From assembly GCA_947501605.1 (NCBI GenBank), contig CANMWZ010000013.1:38881-102880 (forward strand): DNA of 64,000 nucleotides. The letters are read 5' to 3'. Shown piece by piece: positions 54,964 to 63,606 of the stretch. The notes below the pieces were generated by a model. It saw only the letters and a program-made list of their open reading frames with translations. It searched no databases and was not told the origin of the DNA. The stretch comes from Planctomycetota bacterium. Lineage in GTDB: Bacteria; Planctomycetota; UBA1135; UBA2386. Each line of letters starts with the position of its first letter. Within the stretch, counting starts at the first letter, position 1. The translations under genes were made by a program, and so were the position numbers.

Positions 54964-56391
54964 ATGCGCATCCTCTGCAACCTACCGCTCGAGTGCTTCG
55001 ACGATCGCAAGAACCTCCGCGGTGTCGAGCTGTGCACGTTCGGGCCTACAGACCGCATGTTGGTCGATGGCGTGCACTTCCCGTTCGACGTCGCCTTCGA
55101 TCCGTCGCGCGGAACGATCGACGAGTTGCTGGCAGCACTGCCCAACGGCTTCGAACCGGACCTCGTCATGCTGTGGTGGCCTGACCAGGAACCACTTCCC
55201 GCGGGCCTCCAGCATTGTCCTGTGCCCGTGGTCGGTGTCGTCTCCGACTACAACCTCACACTACCGACGACGACGAGGCTGCACCCGTTCTTCGACGTCT
55301 TGCTGTGCGACCGTGCCGGCGTCGACCTGTTCGAAAAGCTCGGCTTCCCGGACGTCCGTTACTTCTGCCAATACACGTGGAAGCGTCCATTCCACCTGCG
55401 CCACCCTGAACTGCTGCGCCCGATCGATGTGGCGTTTGCTGGCAATCTGAATCCCGCAGTCCAACGCGACCGCGCGCCGTGGATCGCGCGCATCTGCGGT
55501 CTAGAGTCCCACGGCGTTCGGACCGCTATTCACCAAGGTGTACAGGGAAGGGCCTACGGCGACCTGCTGGGCCGCGCTCGCATCGGCTTCAACCTGGCAA
55601 TCCGCGGCGAGATGAACCTGCGCGCGTTCGAGGTGCCGGCAGCTGGCGCGCTCTTGCTGATGGAGGACTCCAATCTCGAGGTTCGCGAGTTCTTCGAACC
55701 CGACGAAGAATGCGTGCTCTACGGCGACGACGACTTTGAGGCAATCGTGCTGGCGCTGCTGCGCGACGAACCGCGACGCCGCCGCATCGCCGCCGCGGGC
55801 CATCGCCGAGTGCAGAGCCACTCGCTCGGCAACCGCATGCCGTCGCTCCTGGAGTTGCTGGCAAAGCCGGGACCGGGACGCACTCGAGGCGACGAAGTCA
55901 CAGCTCTCATCGGCCGCGCCGAAGCGATCCTCACCACCTGGGCGGCGCCCGAGGCGTGCGCGGCAGCCGCGATGGCCGCCGTTCGCCGCGCGCCAAACGA
56001 CGCCCGCGCGCTCAACGTGCTCGCGGTCGCCACCTTGCGCTGGCGCCAACACGCCGGCGGGCAAGACGCCCTTGCTCTGCTGCAACGCGCAAGCGCCGCC
56101 GACCCGACGTTTCTGCCGCCGGTCTGGAACCTCGCCCAACTCCTTCAGGGGTCCGACCGCGCCGACCTCCATCTCGCCGCCGCCGACGAGGCCCTGCGCC
56201 GGGCGCACAGCGCCCAGAATCAGGAAGCACTGACCGGCCCGATGCTGCCCTTCGGGTTCTCGGTTGCGGCGGTCGATTGGTCGCGTGGCCTGCAGCACGC
56301 CGTTCGTCTGCAGCAGCCGCGACTCGCGGCAAATGCGCTTCGCCTCGAACGCCTCCCGCTCCGCCCACCCGTCGCGGCGACGTCGCGGTAG
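54964..56391 (+). CDS. CgeB-like glycosyltransferase with TPR-like C-terminus
   Basis: IDVAFAGN, RARIGFN..EMNLRAFEVPAAGALLL, RRRIAAAGHRRV; helical tail APNDARALNVLA. Confidence 0.85.
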   Translation: MRILCNLPLECFDDRKNLRGVELCTFGPTDRMLVDGVHFPFDVAFDPSRGTIDELLAALPNGFEPDLVMLWWPDQEPLPAGLQHCPVPVVGVVSDYNLTLPTTTRLHPFFDVLLCDRAGVDLFEKLGFPDVRYFCQYTWKRPFHLRHPELLRPIDVAFAGNLNPAVQRDRAPWIARICGLESHGVRTAIHQGVQGRAYGDLLGRARIGFNLAIRGEMNLRAFEVPAAGALLLMEDSNLEVREFFEPDEECVLYGDDDFEAIVLALLRDEPRRRRIAAAGHRRVQSHSLGNRMPSLLELLAKPGPGRTRGDEVTALIGRAEAILTTWAAPEACAAAAMAAVRRAPNDARALNVLAVATLRWRQHAGGQDALALLQRASAADPTFLPPVWNLAQLLQGSDRADLHLAAADEALRRAHSAQNQEALTGPMLPFGFSVAAVDWSRGLQHAVRLQQPRLAANALRLERLPLRPPVAATSR

Positions 56392-56485
56392 CGGGACCCC
56401 GACTGGCCGACTGCGGCAAGGAAAGTCAGCCCCGGCTTGCACGCAATCGCCTCCTCGTCACACTGGCTGGCCACCCATTCGGGAT

Positions 56486-58888
56486 ATGTCCATGCCTACG
56501 CACAAGTGGTCCTTCTATCGAGCTGGCGGCGTCGACCAAGTTCGACTCGACACCGGCGCCGACGTTCTTCACCTTGACGAACTCGATCTGAAGCTCTGGG
56601 TTGCCCTCAGCTGTCCGGTCAAGGGCCTCGAGATCGAGGAACGCACTCTACAACTGCTCGATTCCGACAACGACGCCCACGTGCGCCCGCCGGAGATCCT
56701 CGCCGCTGTGAAGTGGCTGCGCGACGTGCTGAAGAACGGCGACGCGCTGGCCAAGGGCGAGGACGGCGTGGAGCTTGCGAACCTGCGCACCGACACCGTC
56801 GAGGGCAAGACGTTGCTCGCGTCGGCCCAGCACATCCTGAAGAGCCTGGGCAAGCCGCTGACGGTCATCACGGTCGGCGACACCGCCAAGACGGCCGACG
56901 TCTTCGCCATGGCGAAGCGGAACGGCGACGGCATCGTCCCGCCGGAGACGGTCGAGGACGCGACCGCACGCGCCGTTGCCACCGACATCGTCGCTGCGTT
57001 CGCAGGCAAGGTCGATCGATCCGGCAAGCCTGGCTTCGACCAATCGACCCTTGACGCGTTCTACGGCGCATGCGCCGAGTTCGACGGCTGGCACAAGATC
57101 GCCGAAGCGGACCCGAAGGCAGTGATGCCATTCGGCGACGCGACGCACGTGGCCTACGAGGCCTTCGCCGCGGTGCGCGCGAAGATCGACGATTACTTTG
57201 GCCGTTGCCGCCTCGCTGCCTTCGATCCGCGCGCGTTAGCCGCCGTCAATCGCGAGCAAGAAACCTACATGGCAGCAGCCGCCAAGGACTTGTCCATCAC
57301 CGCGAGTGAAGTGGCGCATTTCCCGGTAGCGATCGTCGACGCCGAGAAGCCGCTGCCGTTGGTCAAGGGAGTCAATCCAGCCTGGGCCGCCCAGATCGCG
57401 ACTTTCCGCGGAATCTGCTGCAAGGACCGCAACGAGCTGTTGGAAGCCGAGTGGACCACGCTGTGCGCGAGACTCGACGCCCACGCCGCCTGGTACGCCA
57501 AGAAGGGCGGAGCTGCGGTCGAGCCACTGGGCCTGCCACGCGTCCGCGAGATCTTGAAAGGCGCGAGCAAACCGAATCTGCAACAGGCCATCGCCGACGA
57601 CCTCGCGGTCGTCGGCGAGGTCGAAGCGATGGCCCGCGTCGAGAAGCTCACACGCCTGCATCGCGACTTCGCATTGCTGCTGCACAACTACGTCAGCTTC
57701 TCAGACTTCTATTCGCGCAAGGGCGCCATCTTCCAAGCCGGCACGCTCTACCTCGACGGCCGAGCGCTCGACCTGTGCTTCCATGTCAACGACGCGGCCA
57801 AGCACGGGTCGTTGGCGGCCATGGCGAAGACCTACCTCGCTTACGTCGATTGCACACGGCCCGGCATCCCCAAGATGCAGGTCGCCTGCGCCTTCACCGC
57901 GGGTGACAGCGACAACTTGTTCGTCGGCCGCAACGGCATCTTCTACGACCGCAAAGGTCGCGATTGGAACGCGACGATCGTCAAGCTCGTCGACAACCCG
58001 ATCAGCATCGGTCAGGCGTTCTGGTCCCCGTACAAGAAGCTGCTCCGCTGGATCGAAGACACCGTCGCAAAGCGCGCCGCCGAAGCCGACACGGCCTCGA
58101 CGGCCAAGTTGCAGGAGGCGGCCGCGCAGACCGGCGAAGCGGCAGCATCCGGCAAGCCGCAGGCCGCACCGGCGGCCAAGAAGATGGACATCGGCGTGCT
58201 GGCCGCGATCAGCGTCGCCATCAGCAGCTTCACTGTGATCCTGGGCACGGTGCTCGAGAAGTTCTTCGGGCTCGGCTATCTGATGCCGCTCGGCCTCTTG
58301 GGCCTACTGCTGCTGATCTCGGGCCCGGCGATGCTGATCGCCTGGATGAAACTGCGGCAGCGCAATCTCGGTCCGATCCTCGATGCGAACGGTTGGGCGG
58401 TGAACACCCTGACCAAGGTCAACATCCCCTTGGGCACGTCGTTGACGGAGTTGCCGAAACTGCCCGCGGGCGCCTCGCGCTCCTTGGTCGACCCCTACGC
58501 CGAGAAGCCAAGCCCTTGGCCCAAGGTCCTGCTCTGGCTCGTCGTGGTGGCGGTCACCCTGTGGGGCCTCTACCGCACGAACCTGCTGCACAAGTGGCTT
58601 CCGGACTACGTGCCTGCTCACCACAAGGAAGTATCGCTGCTCGCCGACAAGTCGTCTGGCTTCGCTGGCCAAGTGATCGTCCTGACGGTCCGCTCGACCG
58701 ACGACGAACTCGAGGTCTACGACGCCGTCGAAGGCGGCAAGCTGATCGCCAAGGCCAAAGTCAACGGCGGCATCGCAACGCTGACGATCCCAGACGGGAT
58801 GAAGGCAGGCGTTCTGGTCGTGCGCGACAGCGCCAGTCCAAGCGAAGTGACGATCACGGTTACGGACAAGCCAGCGGACCCCAAGTAG
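56486..58888 (+). CDS. large uncharacterised membrane protein with EF-hand-like loops and C-terminal TM helices
   Basis: WSFYRAGGVDQV, KLWVALSCP, DSDNDAHVRPPE, NGDGIV, FQAGTLYLDGR, AFTAGD, GRNGIFYDR, QRNLGPILDANGWAVN; 2-3 TM helices; strong codon bias. Confidence 0.85.
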   Translation: MSMPTHKWSFYRAGGVDQVRLDTGADVLHLDELDLKLWVALSCPVKGLEIEERTLQLLDSDNDAHVRPPEILAAVKWLRDVLKNGDALAKGEDGVELANLRTDTVEGKTLLASAQHILKSLGKPLTVITVGDTAKTADVFAMAKRNGDGIVPPETVEDATARAVATDIVAAFAGKVDRSGKPGFDQSTLDAFYGACAEFDGWHKIAEADPKAVMPFGDATHVAYEAFAAVRAKIDDYFGRCRLAAFDPRALAAVNREQETYMAAAAKDLSITASEVAHFPVAIVDAEKPLPLVKGVNPAWAAQIATFRGICCKDRNELLEAEWTTLCARLDAHAAWYAKKGGAAVEPLGLPRVREILKGASKPNLQQAIADDLAVVGEVEAMARVEKLTRLHRDFALLLHNYVSFSDFYSRKGAIFQAGTLYLDGRALDLCFHVNDAAKHGSLAAMAKTYLAYVDCTRPGIPKMQVACAFTAGDSDNLFVGRNGIFYDRKGRDWNATIVKLVDNPISIGQAFWSPYKKLLRWIEDTVAKRAAEADTASTAKLQEAAAQTGEAAASGKPQAAPAAKKMDIGVLAAISVAISSFTVILGTVLEKFFGLGYLMPLGLLGLLLLISGPAMLIAWMKLRQRNLGPILDANGWAVNTLTKVNIPLGTSLTELPKLPAGASRSLVDPYAEKPSPWPKVLLWLVVVAVTLWGLYRTNLLHKWLPDYVPAHHKEVSLLADKSSGFAGQVIVLTVRSTDDELEVYDAVEGGKLIAKAKVNGGIATLTIPDGMKAGVLVVRDSASPSEVTITVTDKPADPK

Positions 58889-58896
58889 CACACGCT

Positions 58897-58918
58897 GGGC
58901 CCCCGGATGCGGGGGCCC
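58897..58918. terminator. GC-rich hairpin between convergent genes
   Basis: GGGCCCCCG-GATG-CGGGGGCCC perfect 9-bp stem, 8 nt after the stop at 58888. Confidence 0.7.
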
Positions 58919-58951
58919 TTGCTACTGAGACGGCGACTGCGGTGCCGAACG

Positions 58952-59524
58952 CTACTTCTTCGGCAGAACGATCTTCGTCGGCAGCGGTTTGCCTTCAGGC
59001 ACGAACCGCATCGAGATCGAGTTGACGCAGTGGCGGGTGTCCTTTGCCGTCATGCGCTCGCCGAAGAACACGTGTCCTAGATGCCCATCGCAGTTGGCGC
59101 ACACGATCTCCGTGCGCATGCCGTCCGCGTCGGTGTGCCGAGTCACGGCGCCCGCGATCTCGTCGTCAAAGCTCGGCCAGCCACAGCCGCTGTGGAACTT
59201 CGACTTCGACTCGTAGAGCGGCGCGTTGCACTGGCGACACACGTAGGTGCCCGAGCTTTCGTTGTCGGTGTACTCACCGGTGAACCCTCGCTCCGTGCCC
59301 TTCTGGAGCAGCACGCGCGCTTCCTGCGCGGTGAGTGCGTTGTAGCCCTTTGGCATTTCGGGACTCGGAATGTGTTCGGCCATGGTGGGTGCAGCAGAGT
59401 TGGTGATCTGGCTCGGGTCAGCGGTTCCGGACGACTGCGCCGAGCGCGTATCCGATTCGCTCGCGTTGCATCCAGCGAACAGCAGAACGGATAGGGACAG
59501 GATAGTCGCGAAAGCGTGGTTCAT
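58952..59524 (-). CDS. msrB: peptide methionine-R-sulfoxide reductase with lipoprotein signal
   Basis: KGTER, CRQC, KFHSGCGWPSF, RTEIVCANCDGHLGHVF, RHCVNS; lipobox FAGC. Confidence 0.95.
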   Translation of the reverse strand: MNHAFATILSLSVLLFAGCNASESDTRSAQSSGTADPSQITNSAAPTMAEHIPSPEMPKGYNALTAQEARVLLQKGTERGFTGEYTDNESSGTYVCRQCNAPLYESKSKFHSGCGWPSFDDEIAGAVTRHTDADGMRTEIVCANCDGHLGHVFFGERMTAKDTRHCVNSISMRFVPEGKPLPTKIVLPKK

Positions 59525-59613
59525 GGGTCTTGGTTCATCGCGACAGGTTCCGCCGCGCAGAGCCGCATTCTACGTGGCACCTCGCGCGAAGTGCCGCGCC
59601 CTTCGTCGCCTTG

Positions 59614-59937
59614 CTACCCGCCGAGCAACGCGATGCCTTCGTGCGCCACCGCGAACAAGATGCACTCCTCGCCATCCTCCAGTGCTACTGGCGCATGCGT
59701 CGTGCCGTCCTCGTAGCGGACGAACTGACCTTGGCGGTGTTCGCCCATCGCATCGCGGTAGCCGCCCTGGATCACCAGCACTTCTTCTGGCCCCTTGTGC
59801 CGATGCGCTGGATAGCCACAACCTGGCTGCATGCCGATGAGCGCCACGACACGGCCGGTCGCCTTGTCGCTGCTATAAAAGTGCACGCGAACGCCTTCGT
59901 ACCGTGTCGCCCGCCAGGGGATCGCCGAGACATCCAT
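59614..59937 (-). CDS. ChrR-like cupin domain protein
   Basis: MQPG..PAHRHKGPEEVLVIQG..HAP..CILF. Confidence 0.8.
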   Translation of the reverse strand: MDVSAIPWRATRYEGVRVHFYSSDKATGRVVALIGMQPGCGYPAHRHKGPEEVLVIQGGYRDAMGEHRQGQFVRYEDGTTHAPVALEDGEECILFAVAHEGIALLGG

Positions 59938-59961
59938 CGCCCTAGGCCAACCTGAGCCCGC

Positions 59962-61071
59962 TCAGCCGTGCGCGACCGCGACTTCGCCAGCTTCGCCGGA
60001 TTGCGGTGGATCGGTCTCGAAGATCTGCATGCAACTCGCGATCGCGTCTTCGTCGCTGGCCGACGCCCAGAACGAGGCCGCGAGTTTGGCGTGCACCGTC
60101 TCACGCGGGTCGCGCAAGACCGCCTCGAGCGGCGACACCTCGCCGAGATCCGGCATGCGCGTCTGCATCAACGGGTGCTGCTTGCTCTGGTCGCGATACT
60201 GGGCAGCCGGCAACGGGCGGTAGCGGCAGAAGAATCCGAAGTGCCACGGCAAGAAGAACATCGCGCGTTTGCGGCCCTTCTCGTCATCGCGGAAGTGCTC
60301 CTTCATGTAGTGGAGGAACTGGCGATAGATCGTGACCCGCTGCTCGGCGGTCGGCTCGAACTCCTTCTGCTCTTTGATCTCTCGGAACAGCCAGGGCTTC
60401 ATCAAGGCACCGCGACCGACCATGATCGATGCGCAGCCCGAACGAGCCTGCATGTCGGCGGCCTCGTACCAAGTCAGAATGTCGCCGTTGCCGATCACCG
60501 GGATCGTTCGCTCGCTGACAATCGTCGCGATCGCGTCCCAGTCGGCGGCGCGCGTGTAGCGCTGCTCGCGCGTGCGGCCATGAACGGTCAAGGCCGCTGC
60601 ACCAGAGTCCTCGACGATCTTCGCGATCTCACTCGCGTTCTTGTCGCTCTCGCTCCAACCAAGGCGAATCTTGACCGTCACCGGGACCGGCAAGCCCTTG
60701 ACCATCGCCTGAACGAGGCGGCCGAGATGCGCTGGGCGCTGCAGCAAGGTGGCTCCCATCCCGCGTCGCACGACGTCGTGGATCGGGCAGCCGCAGTTGA
60801 GGTCGACGAACGCAGCCCCGCGCTCGACCGCGGCGAGACCGGCGGCCACTGCCGGCTCGGCCTTGCTCGCCGCGATCTGGACGCCGAAACAAGCCTCGTC
60901 CGCGTGCTTCCGCAGCAAGGCAAGTTCAGTCGGCTTGTTGCGCAAGACTTGCCCCGCGTAGGCCATCTCTGACGTGGTCGTCGCGCAGTCGTAGGCGACG
61001 CAGAGTCGCCGGAAGGGCAAGTTGCCACCCTTGGTAAGGGGGGCGAGGATGACGCGACCACGGAAGTCCAT
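59962..61071 (-). CDS. tRNA-dihydrouridine synthase, Dus3-like
   Basis: LAPLTKGGNLPFRRLC, GVQI, DLNCGCP, TVKIRLG, VHGRTREQRY, GNGDI, GRGALMKPWLF. Confidence 0.92.
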   Translation of the reverse strand: MDFRGRVILAPLTKGGNLPFRRLCVAYDCATTTSEMAYAGQVLRNKPTELALLRKHADEACFGVQIAASKAEPAVAAGLAAVERGAAFVDLNCGCPIHDVVRRGMGATLLQRPAHLGRLVQAMVKGLPVPVTVKIRLGWSESDKNASEIAKIVEDSGAAALTVHGRTREQRYTRAADWDAIATIVSERTIPVIGNGDILTWYEAADMQARSGCASIMVGRGALMKPWLFREIKEQKEFEPTAEQRVTIYRQFLHYMKEHFRDDEKGRKRAMFFLPWHFGFFCRYRPLPAAQYRDQSKQHPLMQTRMPDLGEVSPLEAVLRDPRETVHAKLAASFWASASDEDAIASCMQIFETDPPQSGEAGEVAVAHG

Positions 61072-61207
61072 GCGCAAGGCATACGACCTGGACGCCGCAG
61101 TTGCACCGACCGAGTCGAGTGCGACCCAGCGCATGAGCCTGCAAACACCATCGGCCTGCGACCGGGAGGGGCACTGACGAACAGCAGTCGCCGCTATGCT
61201 GGCCGAC

Positions 61208-61687
61208 ATGGTCGTCTCGTCTCCCCGTTACGCCACGGCACTCCTGTGCCTTTGCACCCTCGCCCTCCTCGCCGCCGTCCAACCCGTCGCCGCACCAGCC
61301 GGCCCCGGCAAGGAACAAGGCCACCTGGTCCTGGTCGTCGAAGGCGATGTCACGTCGCTGCGCATCGTGCGCGCCGTCGCCAAAGCCGACGACTGGGGCG
61401 GTACGCAGAAAGGCCTGCAGTCCGAGTTCGCCTTGCGCGCACTCGACGCCGACGGCAAGGACCTAATCAGCGTTCCGATGGACTTGTCGCGGTTCGACAC
61501 CGACCCGGCCCACATCGGCAAGCAAGACCAAGTGAACGGCTGCGAGGTCCGAAGTGCACGCGTCGGCCTGTTGCTCAACATTCCGCGCGTCGACGGCGTC
61601 GCCAGCTACCAGTTCGTGCGCGGCAAGACCGCCATCGGCGAAGCGACTGCAGACGCCGTGGCACAACTCCTATCGGAGAGCCGCTGA
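61208..61687 (+). CDS. secreted hypothetical protein coupled to the M64 peptidase
   Basis: TATGCT -10-like element 7 nt before ATG; signal peptide; TGATG overlap with the next gene. Confidence 0.7.
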   Translation: MVVSSPRYATALLCLCTLALLAAVQPVAAPAGPGKEQGHLVLVVEGDVTSLRIVRAVAKADDWGGTQKGLQSEFALRALDADGKDLISVPMDLSRFDTDPAHIGKQDQVNGCEVRSARVGLLLNIPRVDGVASYQFVRGKTAIGEATADAVAQLLSESR

Positions 61688-63567
61688 TGTTGCGGCGCAC
61701 ACTCGCGGTGTTGGGCATCGCCACCGCCGTGGCGTTCGCCCAGGCACCCATCGTCACGACGGTGCTCAACAGCGGCTCGACGTCGACGCGCTACGACATG
61801 GTGATCCTCGGCGACGGCTATCAGGCCCTGGAACAGGCGCGCTTCAACAGCGACGTCAACGCCTTCCTCGCCGGGCTCTTCGCCAAGACGCCCTACTCCG
61901 GCTTCACCCCGTGGTTCAACGTACACACGGTGTTCCGCGCCAGCGCTGACTCCGGGGCATCGCAACCGGACGTCACGCCACCGATCGTCAAGAACACTGC
62001 CTACAGTGCCTCCTACAACACTGGCGGCACGGCGCGTTGCCTCTACATCCAGAACACGTCGCAGGCGCTGGCCGACGCGGCACTCGCGCCCGCCAACGAA
62101 GGCCGCGTGCTGGTGATGGTCAATGACAGTCGCTACGGCGGCTGCGCCGGCCAATTCGCGGTCAGCTACAATGGCGCCTCGATGGTCGAAGTGCAGAGTC
62201 ACGAACTCGGCCACTCTCTCGCCGGCCTCGCCGACGAGTACGACTACCCCAACAACCTCTACACCGGCAACGAGCCGACCCAGGTCAACATCACAGCCAA
62301 CAGCGTTGGCCAGAAGTGGTCACACTGGTGGGGCACGGAGAGCGTTTCGGCGTTCCAAGGCGGCGGCTACTACTTGCAAGGCCTGTGGCGGCCGCGCAAC
62401 GACTGCCTGATGCGCAGCCTCGGCGTCACGCTTTGCCCGGTGTGCCGCGAACAGATCACCAAATCGGCCAGTTCGATCGTGAACACCATCGACGCGCCGC
62501 AGCCTTCCGCAACGACGGTGACGGTGTCGCAGCCTGCCGTCCAGGCGTTTTCGTTCACGAACCTCGTGCCGGTGGCAAACAACCCGCTGATCACCTGGAA
62601 GCTCGACGGTGTCGTCGTCGTCGGCCAGAACACGTCGGGGTTCTTCTTGCCGACCGCCGGCCTCTCACTCGGCAACCACACACTTGCCGTGGAAGTGCTC
62701 GACCGGTCCACACAGGTCCGCAACGACCCTGGCAACCTGATGCGTGACAGTCGCACCTGGACGGTGACCGTTACCGACCCGAGCGCGGCCAACCTGCGCA
62801 TCGGATCCATGCTGGTCGCGCAGCAGGTACTGCCAGGGAACGCCGAGACCGACGTGACGATCACGGTCGTCAACGACGGCCCGGCCCCGGCGAACAACAT
62901 CTCGCTCGAGTGCTTCCTGTCAGTCGACACGACGGTTCAGACGAGCGATTTCTACCTCGGTCGCAGCGTGATCCCGACGCTTCTAGCTGGGCAGCAAACG
63001 ACGATCGTGCGCCGCGTCCGCCTGCCGGCCGCAGCCAGCCCTCGCCTCTACAGCCTGCTGGCGACCCTCGATCGCGAAGGCGCGATCATGGAATCGAGCG
63101 AAGCCGACAACACGCAACTTCGCTCGGTCCTGGTGCAGACCGGCCCCTGTGGACCGTTCCTGGAGTACCGCGATGATCTCGTCTACCCGCGCGACCAAAA
63201 CTCCGTTTCGCTGACGAGCGGCGGCACCGTGCTGCCGACGATCGTGGCGCGCTGCGCCGCGCCCGGAACCCTCTATCTCATCGCTTGGGGCACCAGCGGC
63301 ACGTCGCCTGGCCTGCAGCTCGGCCCGGGCCTGCTCCTGCCGCTCAACTTCGACGCGAGCACGAGCACGAGCCTCGAGCTGCTGAACGGGCCGGTGTTCC
63401 AGTCGTGCTTCGGCGCGCTCGACGGCAACGGCTTTGCCAACGCGACGATCGCGTGGCCCGCAGCGCTGCCCCTGATCGCGACCCCTGGACACTTCGCCGC
63501 CGTGCTCCTCGATCCGAGCTTGGCCATCATCGGGGTCACCAACGCGGTCGCGTTCGATCTGCAGTAG
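61687..63567 (+). CDS. M64 (IgA peptidase) family metallopeptidase with CARDB and recurrent C-terminal domain
   Basis: DMVILGDGY, YGG, HELGHSLAGLADEY, WRPRNDCLMRSL..CPVCRE; CARDB VVNDG..LSVD..ESSEADN. Confidence 0.9.
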   Translation: MLRRTLAVLGIATAVAFAQAPIVTTVLNSGSTSTRYDMVILGDGYQALEQARFNSDVNAFLAGLFAKTPYSGFTPWFNVHTVFRASADSGASQPDVTPPIVKNTAYSASYNTGGTARCLYIQNTSQALADAALAPANEGRVLVMVNDSRYGGCAGQFAVSYNGASMVEVQSHELGHSLAGLADEYDYPNNLYTGNEPTQVNITANSVGQKWSHWWGTESVSAFQGGGYYLQGLWRPRNDCLMRSLGVTLCPVCREQITKSASSIVNTIDAPQPSATTVTVSQPAVQAFSFTNLVPVANNPLITWKLDGVVVVGQNTSGFFLPTAGLSLGNHTLAVEVLDRSTQVRNDPGNLMRDSRTWTVTVTDPSAANLRIGSMLVAQQVLPGNAETDVTITVVNDGPAPANNISLECFLSVDTTVQTSDFYLGRSVIPTLLAGQQTTIVRRVRLPAAASPRLYSLLATLDREGAIMESSEADNTQLRSVLVQTGPCGPFLEYRDDLVYPRDQNSVSLTSGGTVLPTIVARCAAPGTLYLIAWGTSGTSPGLQLGPGLLLPLNFDASTSTSLELLNGPVFQSCFGALDGNGFANATIAWPAALPLIATPGHFAAVLLDPSLAIIGVTNAVAFDLQ

Positions 63568-63606
63568 GGATGGCGCGCCACCGCGGGCTCGGCGCCGGCG
63601 CCACTC

